Shown: in pieces, positions 18,494 through 27,918 of the stretch | Layout: the number at the start of each line of letters is the position of its first letter | Numbering within the stretch: position 1 is the first letter of the stretch | Source of the DNA: an uncultured Cellvibrio sp. | GTDB taxonomy: Bacteria > Pseudomonadota > Gammaproteobacteria > Pseudomonadales > Cellvibrionaceae | Assembly: GCA_965650675.1 (NCBI GenBank) | Contig: CBFGPN010000003.1 | Location: forward strand, 4-64,003 | Length of the DNA: 64,000 nt | Reading direction: 5' to 3' | Notes under the pieces: generated by a model | Database searches by the model: none | Told to the model about the DNA's origin: nothing | What the model saw: only the letters and a program-made list of their open reading frames with translations | Position numbers and translations under genes: made by a program

Positions 18494-18695
18494 ACGAAAA
18501 AACCTCGTCAATAGAGCGATTAAAAACCCGTGAGATTTGAAAAGCCAATTCAAGAGAGGGGGAGTATTTACCCATTTCTATCGCAATAATTGTTTGACGA
18601 GTGACGCCGACTTTTTCGGCGAGTTGTTGTTGGGTCATTTCACCCTGATGAAATCGCAGAGTACGAATATTATTTTTGAGTGTAGGTTTTGACAT
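18486..18695 (-). CDS. XRE/Cro-C1 helix-turn-helix regulator
   Basis: MTQQQLAEKVGVTRQTIIAIEMGKYSPSLELAFQISRVF. Confidence 0.92.
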   Translation of the reverse strand: MSKPTLKNNIRTLRFHQGEMTQQQLAEKVGVTRQTIIAIEMGKYSPSLELAFQISRVFNRSIDEVFSYE

Positions 18696-18696
18696 G

Positions 18697-19131
18697 TTAA
18701 AAACCGCGGCGGTACTGAATGATTTTGACTATGCCGCTGAATATTTCGCCAAGCGCCAGGCTAAAAATAATGATCTGGAACACGATTGTTGCAGGGTAAC
18801 CTTTCCATAGCAGAAGCATGGAGGTGATGAACCCCAATGTAAAAACGAGATAGGAAACCTGTAGTCCATTGAGTTCAATCATTTTATCCCGCTCATCCAC
18901 TATGGATGCTTCGCAGGATGGATTGCGAATCGCAGAGATTATTTTCAATAAACCCTGCAAGCCAAAATTGGTGGCCGCCGACGCGATCAATAGAAAAAAG
19001 ATGCTTTTACCCACCAAACGAGCATCCGTTTGGTAGTCCTCCCAAGAGGCATGAAGTATCAGGCAATAAGCCCCCAACACAATCACCGTACTGATCAGCG
19101 CTATATAGACGTTCTTCTCTGCATTACCCAT
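18697..19131 (-). CDS. Hypothetical four-TM membrane protein with DERD motif
   Basis: Four hydrophobic segments and 'VDERDKMIE'. Start set to ATG 19131, which has GAGG upstream. Confidence 0.7.
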   Translation of the reverse strand: MGNAEKNVYIALISTVIVLGAYCLILHASWEDYQTDARLVGKSIFFLLIASAATNFGLQGLLKIISAIRNPSCEASIVDERDKMIELNGLQVSYLVFTLGFITSMLLLWKGYPATIVFQIIIFSLALGEIFSGIVKIIQYRRGF

Positions 19132-19165
19132 TGATGGCCTCGAAAGGTCAATTAAACTTAACAAA

Positions 19166-19206
19166 ATGTAAAATTATTAATACATAATGTCAAATATATT
19201 TTACAT
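19166..19206. promoter_or_regulatory. Two tandem 20-bp ATGT-N12-ACAT operators
   Basis: ATGTAAAATTATTAATACAT (19166-19185) and ATGTCAAATATATTTTACAT (19187-19206), upstream of the XRE operon. Confidence 0.6.
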
Positions 19207-19437
19207 TATGTGGGTTGGTCAGATGTGCGTTGTTTGCTCAATCGTATAAACACGAGGCTCAGCGACAAATGCAGGGATGGTAAGTGGGAGTGCGGTGAAT
19301 AAAATATCGATTTGATGGGGTTTTCTCGTTTAATGGTCAAAAAATAATCCTGATGGCAGGGCTCACAATAAAAATACGTAAAATGCTATGACAGCGATTG
19401 TAAAATCCTGATGCCTTAAAACCCAAGTGGCAGTAGA

Positions 19438-19462
19438 ATACCCGAGTAATTTAATCAGGTAT
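19438..19462 (+). promoter_or_regulatory. IscR type-1 site upstream of nfuA
   Basis: ATACCCGAGTAATTTAATCAGGTAT against the consensus ATASYYGACTRWWWYAGTCRRSTAT: 2 mismatches. Confidence 0.75.
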
Positions 19463-19482
19463 AAGCGGTTAAGGTTGTTGTT

Positions 19483-20073
19483 ATGACGGTTAATGTAGAT
19501 ATCACCGAGTCAGCCCAGGACTATTTAAAGTCGTTGCTGGACAAACAAAAAGACAATGAAAACATTGGGATTCGTATGTTTGTGGCGAATCCGGGAACTG
19601 CCCAGGCTGAAACCTGCATAGCTTATTGTCGTCCCGGTGAACAAAAAGAAGGTGATGTGATTGTTCCTCTTAAAGGTTTTAATGCTTATTTTGAGGAGCG
19701 CAGTATTCCCTTTTTGGAAGATGCCAAGGTTGACTACTCACCTGATCGTATGGGCGGCCAACTGACGATCAAGGCACCCAATTCCAAAATGCCCAGGGTT
19801 ACTGATGACAGTCCATTGGAAGATCGCATCAATTATGTGTTGTATAACGATGTGAACCCAAGTCTTGCATCACACGGGGGCAATGTCAGTTTGGTTGAAG
19901 TGACACCGGATATGATTGCTGTTTTAAAGTTCGGTGGTGGTTGTCAGGGGTGCGGGTCGGTTGCGATTACATTAAAGCAAGGAATTGAAGTGCAATTAAT
20001 GGATAAGCTGCCTGAATTAAAAGGTATTCGTGATGTTACGGATCATACTGATCGCACTAACGCCTATATGTAA
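19483..20073 (+). CDS. nfuA: Fe-S biogenesis protein NfuA
   Basis: Degenerate A-type N-domain (AETCIAYC) and NifU C-domain FGGGCQGCG. Confidence 0.95.
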   Translation: MTVNVDITESAQDYLKSLLDKQKDNENIGIRMFVANPGTAQAETCIAYCRPGEQKEGDVIVPLKGFNAYFEERSIPFLEDAKVDYSPDRMGGQLTIKAPNSKMPRVTDDSPLEDRINYVLYNDVNPSLASHGGNVSLVEVTPDMIAVLKFGGGCQGCGSVAITLKQGIEVQLMDKLPELKGIRDVTDHTDRTNAYM

Positions 20074-20086
20074 ATTGTTTTGTAAT

Positions 20087-20116
20087 AAAAAAGCCCGATT
20101 TTTGATCGGGCTTTTT
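20087..20116. terminator. Bidirectional intrinsic terminator (nfuA/suhB)
   Basis: AAAAAAGCCCGAT-loop-ATCGGGCTTTTT. Confidence 0.8.
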
Positions 20117-20145
20117 GTTTTTTAGTGAATCTGTGAGCACTTTTA

Positions 20146-20949
20146 CTATTTCAAATGCCCCAGATTTTTTTGCACGACCTGCAAAGTGGATTTAAATACT
20201 TTGGGTGATCCGGCAACTATGTGGCCTGTTGCTAAATAATCTGTCCCGCCGTTGAAATCACTGACTAATCCACCTGCCTCAGTGACTAGCAATACACCTG
20301 CTGCTATATCCCATAAATTCAAATTCATTTCCCAGAAAGAATCAAAACGTCCTGCTGCAACATAGGCCAGATCCAGCGCTGCCGAACCGCATCGGCGAAT
20401 ACCGGAAGTTTGGCCTGCAATTTCTTCAACACATGCGAGATAAGGTTTGATGTTATCCAATGCCAGGCCACTGAAAGGAAAGCCTGTGCCGATCAATGCG
20501 CCTTCGAAACTTTTCCGGTTGGAAACCCTGATACGACGTCCATTTAATGCTGCGCCACGGCCGCGGCTTGCAGTAAATTCTTCGCGTTTAATCGGGTCGA
20601 GAACAACAGCGTGTTCCAGCTGGCCTTTATAAATGCAGCCGATGGAAATTGAAAAATGAGGGAGGCCGTGAACAAAATTGGTAGTGCCATCGAGTGGATC
20701 AATTACCCACTCGTAATCGGAATTTTTCCCCTGAATAAAACCGGATTCTTCGCCGCGAAAACTGTGGTCAGGATAGGCTTTGCGCAAGTGATAAATAATT
20801 TCCTTTTCTGATGCGCGATCAACCTCGGTTACAAAATCGTTTCGACTTTTGGTTTCAATTGTTACCAGATCAACACGTTCAAATGCCCGTTCAATCAATT
20901 CAGCCGCTTTGCGTGCAGCACGCAGGGCAATAGTCAACATGGGTTCCAT
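20146..20949 (-). CDS. suhB: Inositol monophosphatase family protein SuhB
   Basis: Motifs WVIDPLDGTTNFVHG, RRCGSAALDLAYVAAGRFD, WDIAAG. Confidence 0.95.
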   Translation of the reverse strand: MEPMLTIALRAARKAAELIERAFERVDLVTIETKSRNDFVTEVDRASEKEIIYHLRKAYPDHSFRGEESGFIQGKNSDYEWVIDPLDGTTNFVHGLPHFSISIGCIYKGQLEHAVVLDPIKREEFTASRGRGAALNGRRIRVSNRKSFEGALIGTGFPFSGLALDNIKPYLACVEEIAGQTSGIRRCGSAALDLAYVAAGRFDSFWEMNLNLWDIAAGVLLVTEAGGLVSDFNGGTDYLATGHIVAGSPKVFKSTLQVVQKNLGHLK

Positions 20950-21127
20950 AAAGCACCATCAAAAAAGGCCAGGGGAAAGGGATTGTAAAAGAGCGGGGGT
21001 CGCAGGTATCACAAGTACCTCACACCAAGGTGGCGCATTCTACAGAGGGAAAGCTGGTATGGCTAGCCAGTTGCCAATCGAATATAGGATGGTTAGAGTT
21101 GCACGCTTTTCACAACAGGAGAGTTTT

Positions 21128-21925
21128 ATGTCAGGCAGGAGGAAGTTTTTTTTAATTTTGGTTTGTGCATTGGGCATATCAGGATGTGAGACCCAGGAGA
21201 GTGTGATGAACCTGGATTTACGTGATAACCATGCCAATGGTGGTCAGGTTCAGCTAAATCTTGAGCGCTCGCCAACACAGGTTATACAGGTCGAAATTGA
21301 TCACACCAAGACTCGGGATGAATTTTTTCTGCGCGGCGAATTTAATGCATCCGGTGATGGTGAAGAGCGATTACTGGATCTTAATCAAAAAGATTTTGAG
21401 CAATATGCATTGGTTGGCCCTGGCGAGGTGATGTCCACGCACAACATCCAGCGAATCAATGCCCGCATGATTTTCAAAATAGATGACTCAGGTCGATTTC
21501 AATTCTCTCTGGCGCCACAAATTAATTTTTTGCATTTGAACAGTCATTATTCAGTTGCTGATCAATCGTTAAATTTTAATATGGATAAAGCCGGTTTGGG
21601 ATTTCATGTCAATATGAAATTTCCTTTGTATAAACAGTTGAGTTTGAATATTTCAGAAAATCGTATTTTTTACACAGGTAGCTCTGATGATTCTGTGTTT
21701 GCAATTTATTTTCGTATAGAGCCAGCAGACAATTGGTACCTTGATATAGGCCGTTATCGTAATTATCTGGATTTGGGAAAAGACATGAATATTTCTTACG
21801 AACAGAAAGTTCCGACAGTTAAGGATTGCTACGAAAATTGTACCTATGCTTATGATGGCAAACATGATTCCAATTTTACTCTTGCCGCTGAAGGGTTCCG
21901 GTTGGGACTGGGTTGGAATTTTTGA
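21128..21925 (+). CDS. Hypothetical lipoprotein with an outer-membrane beta-barrel-type C-terminus
   Basis: Start set to ATG 21128 (RBS AGGAG). Lipobox ISGC and C-terminal GFRLGLGWNF. Confidence 0.7.
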   Translation: MSGRRKFFLILVCALGISGCETQESVMNLDLRDNHANGGQVQLNLERSPTQVIQVEIDHTKTRDEFFLRGEFNASGDGEERLLDLNQKDFEQYALVGPGEVMSTHNIQRINARMIFKIDDSGRFQFSLAPQINFLHLNSHYSVADQSLNFNMDKAGLGFHVNMKFPLYKQLSLNISENRIFYTGSSDDSVFAIYFRIEPADNWYLDIGRYRNYLDLGKDMNISYEQKVPTVKDCYENCTYAYDGKHDSNFTLAAEGFRLGLGWNF

Positions 21926-22139
21926 TTTTGTGTCATGTTTGATTGAAGTATGGATTGCATGCGGGAAAAATTGATTCTGGTTCTCCTGAATAAACAATTT
22001 ATTACAAAAGAGTGGCGCTGCAAAAGTCTATTGGTGATGACTTATTTTTCTCAGGGTTTAGCATATGCGGACATTCTGAAGTATTTGAATGTAAATCAAG
22101 CCGTAGTTAAATTCTCGTAATGACAACAGGAAAATAATC

Positions 22140-22886
22140 ATGAATAACCGATCATTATCAGTTAATTGGAGGCTCATCCAGAGTCTCAAATTATGTGCGT
22201 TAATATGTGTCATCTTTTCTTTTGGTTTGCACGCGCAAACCATCATCACACCCGCTTCAGGCGTCACTTATATTGTTAAACCTGACTACCGTAAATGTGC
22301 TTTTCCTATGTGCGGTGGATGGTTTTTAACACCAGTCAATCAATACTCCATCACATTGCAAACAGAAGATGAGGCTTATGCATCTGCAGCTCTGTTACCT
22401 AACAGCATTTATGTCGCTTACATCAATTACAAGCGCATGGGATTAACGGCAAAACAAATCGAAGAATTGCAAGCAGCGATACGTGCTGAGCAGGCACTGT
22501 TGAAGGGGGTTGTTGATGTCAGGAGTAAAACCCTGGTAGCAACCAACGCGTGGGTAGGCGCCAACAAAAATACCGCAGTAGGCCCTTATTTGAATGTCAC
22601 CAGCACAGGAATAGTCTGCATTACGACTCCCTGTCCTTATTTCAAAGCCAATGTGATCAATACCAGCTACTCAACAGAGTTTCATGATCTTTCATTTGAA
22701 AAATCCGGCCTTGATGACAATCAAATATTACAAGCCTGGACTGCTATATCGACGGGTGGACTGGTGCTCACAGGAACCCGATATGAATCAACCGGATTCG
22801 ATGAAACCGGAGCTCCGCCACGCACCGGTATTGGCATAGCAGCAACAAAAGTATTTTTTGCATTTCCTCCTGCGACCAAAAGATAG
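22140..22886 (+). CDS. Hypothetical secreted protein with two CX4C loops (possibly DUF6748)
   Basis: Signal peptide ending LHA, motifs RKCAFPMCGG and VCITTPCP, and an apparent internal duplication. Confidence 0.6.
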   Translation: MNNRSLSVNWRLIQSLKLCALICVIFSFGLHAQTIITPASGVTYIVKPDYRKCAFPMCGGWFLTPVNQYSITLQTEDEAYASAALLPNSIYVAYINYKRMGLTAKQIEELQAAIRAEQALLKGVVDVRSKTLVATNAWVGANKNTAVGPYLNVTSTGIVCITTPCPYFKANVINTSYSTEFHDLSFEKSGLDDNQILQAWTAISTGGLVLTGTRYESTGFDETGAPPRTGIGIAATKVFFAFPPATKR

Positions 22887-22899
22887 GTCAAGTCAATCT

Positions 22900-22928
22900 A
22901 AAAATTCCCGGCATGTCCGGGAATTTTT
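22900..22928 (+). terminator. Intrinsic terminator
   Basis: AAAAATTCCCGG-CATGT-CCGGGAATTTTT. Confidence 0.75.
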
Positions 22929-22984
22929 TATCCGGTTTTTTGTTACACTGCGCGCCCTTTTGACTTTAAGCCGCAATATTTGCC

Positions 22985-23815
22985 ATGAGCACAAATCCTT
23001 TTCGCAATATTCGTATCGTTCTGGTGAACACATCCCATCCTGGCAATATTGGTGGCACTGCGCGCGCCATGAAAAATATGGGATTGGAGCGACTCTATCT
23101 GGTAGAGCCGCAGGATTTCCCTTCTGATCAAGCTGTGTGGCGTGCGGCTGGCGCAACCGATGTTCTGGACAATGCAGTGGTCGTGCAATCTTTGGATGAA
23201 GCCATAGCGGGATGCAGTTTGGTAGTCGGCACCAGTGCTCGGGAGCGACGAATCCCATGGCCTTTACTGGATCCGCGCCAGTGTGGTGAAAGTGTCTGGA
23301 ACGAAGCACATCAACACGAAGTTGCAATTGTGTTTGGTCGTGAAGATCGAGGGTTGACCAATGAAGAGCTGCATAAATGCAATTATCACGTACATATCCC
23401 ATCCAACCCTGAATACAGTTCTTTAAATCTCGCCACAGCTGTTCAGGTGATTACCTATGAAATTCGCATGGCTTATTTAATGGCAACGGAAAACAACACT
23501 TTACCCCGGCATCAATGGGATTTTCCTCCGGCAGATGCCCAGGCACTGGAAACTTTTTATACCCATATTGAAGACACTCTTGCTCAATTGGATTTTCTGG
23601 ATAAAGACAACCCCAAACAAACCATGACACGTTTACGTCGCCTGTTTAACCGTGTGCGCATGGATCAAATGGAATTGAACATCTTCCGTGGAGTGTTGAC
23701 TGCGATGCAAAACTACATTTTTTACACTGGGAAAGTGGTGACGCGATTCGGCATCAAAGGCGATATGGATAGTTTGAGGGAAGCGGCGAAAAGCTCACCT
23801 CGAAGTGAGGACTAG
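22985..23815 (+). CDS. trmJ: tRNA (C32/U32)-2'-O-methyltransferase TrmJ
   Basis: SPOUT motifs LVNTSHPGNIGGTARAMKNMG, VFGREDRGLTNEEL, YSSLNLATAVQ. Confidence 0.93.
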   Translation: MSTNPFRNIRIVLVNTSHPGNIGGTARAMKNMGLERLYLVEPQDFPSDQAVWRAAGATDVLDNAVVVQSLDEAIAGCSLVVGTSARERRIPWPLLDPRQCGESVWNEAHQHEVAIVFGREDRGLTNEELHKCNYHVHIPSNPEYSSLNLATAVQVITYEIRMAYLMATENNTLPRHQWDFPPADAQALETFYTHIEDTLAQLDFLDKDNPKQTMTRLRRLFNRVRMDQMELNIFRGVLTAMQNYIFYTGKVVTRFGIKGDMDSLREAAKSSPRSED

Positions 23816-23817
23816 CT

Positions 23818-23911
23818 CCTCCCTTTGGCAAAGGGAGGTTGGGAGGGATTTAAGATAGTCAGTTTTTATGAAGATCTTAAATCCCCCCTGGCCCCCTTTT
23901 TCAAAGTGGGG
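23818..23911. repeat. C/G-rich palindromic repeat pair (inner-type units, tail to tail)
   Basis: CCTCCCTTTGGCAAAGGGAGGTTGGGAGGGATTTAAG...CTTAAATCCCCCCTGGCCCCCTTTTTCAAAGTGGGG. It closely matches 30501-30594. Confidence 0.85.
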
Positions 23912-23953
23912 AACTAAACGGCCCAGTGAAATTTGGGGGTTACGCCAATCAGA

Positions 23954-23978
23954 ATACTTGAGTAAAATAGTCAACTTC
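23954..23978 (+). promoter_or_regulatory. IscR type-1 site upstream of iscR
   Basis: ATACTTGAGTAAAATAGTCAACTTC: 3 mismatches to the consensus. Confidence 0.75.
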
Positions 23979-24010
23979 TACCAGTCGGCTTGATTTCACA
24001 GGAATTCAAC

Positions 24011-24487
24011 ATGCGTCTTACTACCAAAGGTCGTTATGCGGTTACTGCAATGCTGGATTTGGCATTACATGCTGAGCGTGGTCCGGTGAGTTTGGCCGAT
24101 ATCTCCGAACGACAAGGGATTTCACTTTCCTATCTGGAACAACTCTTTGCCCGTTTGCGCCGGTTCAATCTGGTGAAAAGTGTGCGTGGCCCTGGTGGTG
24201 GTTATCAATTGATGCAGGAAACCAATCAAATTTCAGTGGCTCAAGTTGTTGATGCAGTGGATGAATCATTGGATGCAACACGCTGTGAAGGCAAAGGTGA
24301 TTGTCATCATGGAGAGGTCTGCCTCACTCATCATTTATGGGAAGATTTGAGCAAACAAATACATGTATTTCTGAGCGGGATTTCCCTTGCCGATTTGGTT
24401 GGCCGTTGCGATATCCAGGCGGTAAGTCAACGACAGGATCAACGGTTGCAGTCCACGGATCGTATTGCATTAAGTGAAATTTTTTAA
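24011..24487 (+). CDS. iscR: Fe-S cluster assembly transcription factor IscR
   Basis: [18 protein letters not shown] start and cluster ligands [16 protein letters not shown]. Start set to ATG 24011. Confidence 0.96.
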   Translation: MRLTTKGRYAVTAMLDLALHAERGPVSLADISERQGISLSYLEQLFARLRRFNLVKSVRGPGGGYQLMQETNQISVAQVVDAVDESLDATRCEGKGDCHHGEVCLTHHLWEDLSKQIHVFLSGISLADLVGRCDIQAVSQRQDQRLQSTDRIALSEIF

Positions 24488-24504
24488 TGTTTGGGATTGA
24501 TTAA

Positions 24505-25704
24505 TTGCGTAAACCTGTTTATCTCGATTATGCCGCTACCACACCTGTAGCACCTGAAGTAGCGGCACAAATGCAGGCATGTTTGACCCTGGAAGGTTGT
24601 TTTGCCAACCCCGCATCACGTTCGCATATTTATGGCTGGCAAGCAGAAGAGAAAGTGGAAGAAGCGCGTTTGCAGGTTGCCAGTTTAATTAACGCTGATT
24701 CGCGTGAGATTGTGTGGACCAGTGGTGCAACCGAAGCCAACAATCTGGCTCTAAAAGGAATTGCTGAGACTTATCGCCAACAACATCCGGTCGGTGGGCA
24801 CATTCTGGTGTCATCGATAGAGCACAAAGCAGTTTTGGACGTGGTCAGTTGGTTGGAAACACAGCATTTTTCAGTGACGCGAATTGCGCCTGATAAAGAA
24901 GGAATTATTGAACCCCAAATGCTGGAAACCCATTTGCGTGCAGATACTTTTTTGGTCAGCATCATGCATGTGAATAATGAATTGGGTTCGATTAACGATG
25001 TTGCTGCAATCAGTGAAATTACACGGGCGCGCAACATTATTTTGCATTGTGATGCGGCACAAAGTGCAGGAAAAATTACTGTAGATGTAAAACAATTGGG
25101 TGTCGATTTGTTGTCACTCTCAGCTCATAAATTTTATGGCCCCAAAGGAATTGGTGCTTTGTATGTGCGTCGTGCAGGCGAGATTAAAGTCGCCTCACAA
25201 ATTCATGGTGGTGGACACGAACGCAATATGCGCTCCGGCACTCTGGCAACACATCAGTGCGTTGGTATGGGCGCCGCTGCAGAATTGGCGCAACAACTGT
25301 TAACGGAAGACAGCAAACGAATTGCAGAATTGCGCAATCAATTATGGCAGGGGCTTGCTGATCTACCGCATATTCGTCGCAACGGCGTGACCAAAGATGC
25401 AATCAAACGTTCGGTCGGCGGGATTTTAAATATCGCTTTTGCAGATGATGAAACACAAGGTTGTGATGGTGAAACTTTATTGTTGTCTTTGCGCAATTTA
25501 GCTGTATCCAGCGGCTCGGCCTGCAATTCTGCCAGCATGTCGCCGAGTTATGTTTTAAAAGCCATTGGTTTGAGTGATGCGCAAGCCCAGGCTTCTTTAC
25601 GTTTTAGTCTGGGGCGTTACACCACCGCAGAAGAAATTGATTTTGCAATTAACGAAATACGAACAGTCGTTAATCAATTGCAAAAAAATACGGTAAATAC
25701 CTGA
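24505..25704 (+). CDS. iscS: Group I cysteine desulfurase (IscS/NifS-like)
   Basis: Motifs YLDYAATTP, PLP lysine SAHKFYGPKG, catalytic SSGSAC. TTG start. Confidence 0.88.
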   Translation: MRKPVYLDYAATTPVAPEVAAQMQACLTLEGCFANPASRSHIYGWQAEEKVEEARLQVASLINADSREIVWTSGATEANNLALKGIAETYRQQHPVGGHILVSSIEHKAVLDVVSWLETQHFSVTRIAPDKEGIIEPQMLETHLRADTFLVSIMHVNNELGSINDVAAISEITRARNIILHCDAAQSAGKITVDVKQLGVDLLSLSAHKFYGPKGIGALYVRRAGEIKVASQIHGGGHERNMRSGTLATHQCVGMGAAAELAQQLLTEDSKRIAELRNQLWQGLADLPHIRRNGVTKDAIKRSVGGILNIAFADDETQGCDGETLLLSLRNLAVSSGSACNSASMSPSYVLKAIGLSDAQAQASLRFSLGRYTTAEEIDFAINEIRTVVNQLQKNTVNT

Positions 25705-25713
25705 AGGTAAAAA

Positions 25714-27150
25714 ATGTCAGAACAAGTTGAACATTTAATCAAGAAAGATTATGCCGCCGGTTTCTATACCGAAATCGACGCTGAAACTTTGCCGCCTGGA
25801 TTAAATGAAGATGTCATTCGTTTTATTTCTGCCAAAAAAAATGAACCCGAATGGTTATTGGATTGGCGGTTAAAAGCTTTTCGTTCCTGGCAGGACATGA
25901 CAGAACCTGAATGGGCGCAAGTCAAATATGACGATATCGATTTTCAGGCGGTGTCTTATTATTCCGCACCAAAATCCATGGACGACAAACCGAAAAGTTT
26001 GGATGAAGTCGATCCGGAATTATTACGCACTTATGAAAAACTTGGCATTCCATTGCATGAGCAAGCTGCGCTTGCCGGTGTTGCGATGGATGTGGTGTTT
26101 GATTCTGTTTCAGTAGTGACCACTTTTCGTGAAAAATTAATGGAAGTGGGCGTGATTTTTTGTTCGATCAGCGAAGCAGTTCAGAAATATCCGGAATTAG
26201 TAAAAAAATATATGGGTTCTGTGGTTCCACAAAAGGATAACTATTACGCTGCATTAAATTCTGCTGTTTTTTCAGATGGATCATTTGTTTATATTCCAAA
26301 AGGTGTACGTTGCCCAATGGAGTTATCAACCTACTTTCGTATTAATGAACGCAATACCGGGCAATTCGAGCGCACATTAATTGTCGCGGACGAGGGTTCG
26401 CATGTCAGCTATCTTGAGGGTTGCACGGCACCACAACGCGATGAAAATCAATTGCATGCGGCAGTAGTGGAGTTGGTAGCATTGGATCGTGCGGAGATAA
26501 AATATTCCACTGTACAAAACTGGTATCCCGGCGATGAAAATGGCAAAGGTGGCATTTACAATTTTGTGACCAAACGTGGTGTTTGTTTTACCGATTCGAA
26601 AATTTCCTGGACGCAAGTCGAAACCGGTTCTGCCGTCACCTGGAAATACCCCAGCTGTATATTGCGTGGTGATAACAGTGTCGGTGAATTTTATTCGGTA
26701 GCACTCACTAATCATTATCAGCAAGCCGATACAGGAACCAAAATGATTCACTTGGGTAAAAATACCAGGTCAACCATTATTTCCAAAGGTATATCGGCGG
26801 GAAAAAGCTCCAATGCTTATCGCGGTTTGGTACGTATTAATCCTGGCGCAGAAGGTGCGCGTAATTACACGCAGTGCGATTCTCTGCTGATTGGCGATCA
26901 ATGCGGTGCACATACATTTCCCTATATAGAAAGCAAAAATCCATCGGCTGTGATTGAACACGAAGCCACCACATCCAAAGTGAGTGACGATCAATTATTT
27001 TTGTGTCAACAGCGCGGACTGGATGCAGAAAAAGCGGTATCCATGATAGTGAATGGTTTTTGTCGTGAAGTATTCAAAGAGTTACCCATGGAATTTGCAG
27101 TGGAAGCTGGCAAGTTATTAGAAGTGAGCCTTGAAGGTTCTGTTGGTTAA
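25714..27150 (+). CDS. sufB: Fe-S cluster assembly protein SufB
   Basis: Motifs [30 protein letters not shown]. Confidence 0.97.
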   Translation: MSEQVEHLIKKDYAAGFYTEIDAETLPPGLNEDVIRFISAKKNEPEWLLDWRLKAFRSWQDMTEPEWAQVKYDDIDFQAVSYYSAPKSMDDKPKSLDEVDPELLRTYEKLGIPLHEQAALAGVAMDVVFDSVSVVTTFREKLMEVGVIFCSISEAVQKYPELVKKYMGSVVPQKDNYYAALNSAVFSDGSFVYIPKGVRCPMELSTYFRINERNTGQFERTLIVADEGSHVSYLEGCTAPQRDENQLHAAVVELVALDRAEIKYSTVQNWYPGDENGKGGIYNFVTKRGVCFTDSKISWTQVETGSAVTWKYPSCILRGDNSVGEFYSVALTNHYQQADTGTKMIHLGKNTRSTIISKGISAGKSSNAYRGLVRINPGAEGARNYTQCDSLLIGDQCGAHTFPYIESKNPSAVIEHEATTSKVSDDQLFLCQQRGLDAEKAVSMIVNGFCREVFKELPMEFAVEAGKLLEVSLEGSVG

Positions 27151-27168
27151 TCAGTTCGAGCAAAATTT

Positions 27169-27915
27169 ATGTTAAGCATTACCAATTTACATGCAAAAGT
27201 TGAAGACAAAGATATTTTGAAAGGATTAAACCTGAAGGTTAATCCGGGCGAGATACATGCCATCATGGGGCCCAATGGTTCGGGTAAAAGTACCTTGGGT
27301 TATGTGTTGTCGGGTCGTGATGGTTATGAAGTTACTCAGGGCAGCGTTGAGTTTGCAGGAAAAAATTTACTGGATCTCGAAATTGAAGAGCGTGCGCATG
27401 AGGGATTATTTTTAGCATTTCAATATCCTGTTGAAATTCCAGGTGTAAGTAACATGGAGTTTTTGAAAGCTTCAGTTGATGCCAAACGCAAGTATATGGG
27501 TTTGCCGGAATTATCTGCTATTGAATTTATGAAGCTTGCACGTGAATCCAGTAAGCGGGTTAATTTGGATGCCGCTTTTTTAAAGCGCGGTGTTAACGAA
27601 GGTTTTTCTGGCGGCGAAAAGAAGCGTAATGAAATTATGCAAATGATGTTGTTGGAACCCAGACTTTGTATTCTCGATGAAACTGATTCGGGTTTGGATA
27701 TTGATGCACTGCAAGTGGTTGCCAAAGGTGTGAATGAAATGCGTTCACCGGATCGCAGTTTTATTGTGGTGACTCACTACCAACGTTTGCTGGATTTTAT
27801 TGTGCCTGATTTTGTGCATGTATTATCAGGCGGTCGAATTGTCAAAACCGGCGGTAAAGAATTAGCCTTGGAACTGGAAGAAAAAGGTTACGCCTGGTTG
27901 GATGAGGCGGTTTGA
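27169..27915 (+). CDS. sufC: Fe-S cluster assembly ATPase SufC
   Basis: Walker A GPNGSGKS, signature FSGGEKKR, LDETDSGLD. Confidence 0.97.
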   Translation: MLSITNLHAKVEDKDILKGLNLKVNPGEIHAIMGPNGSGKSTLGYVLSGRDGYEVTQGSVEFAGKNLLDLEIEERAHEGLFLAFQYPVEIPGVSNMEFLKASVDAKRKYMGLPELSAIEFMKLARESSKRVNLDAAFLKRGVNEGFSGGEKKRNEIMQMMLLEPRLCILDETDSGLDIDALQVVAKGVNEMRSPDRSFIVVTHYQRLLDFIVPDFVHVLSGGRIVKTGGKELALELEEKGYAWLDEAV

Positions 27916-27918
27916 TTC

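Noticed and set aside
20849-21127. 93-aa N-terminal extension of the 21128 gene overlapping suhB
   Set aside because: It overlaps suhB antisense and its promoter; the RBS and lipoprotein signal fit ATG 21128.
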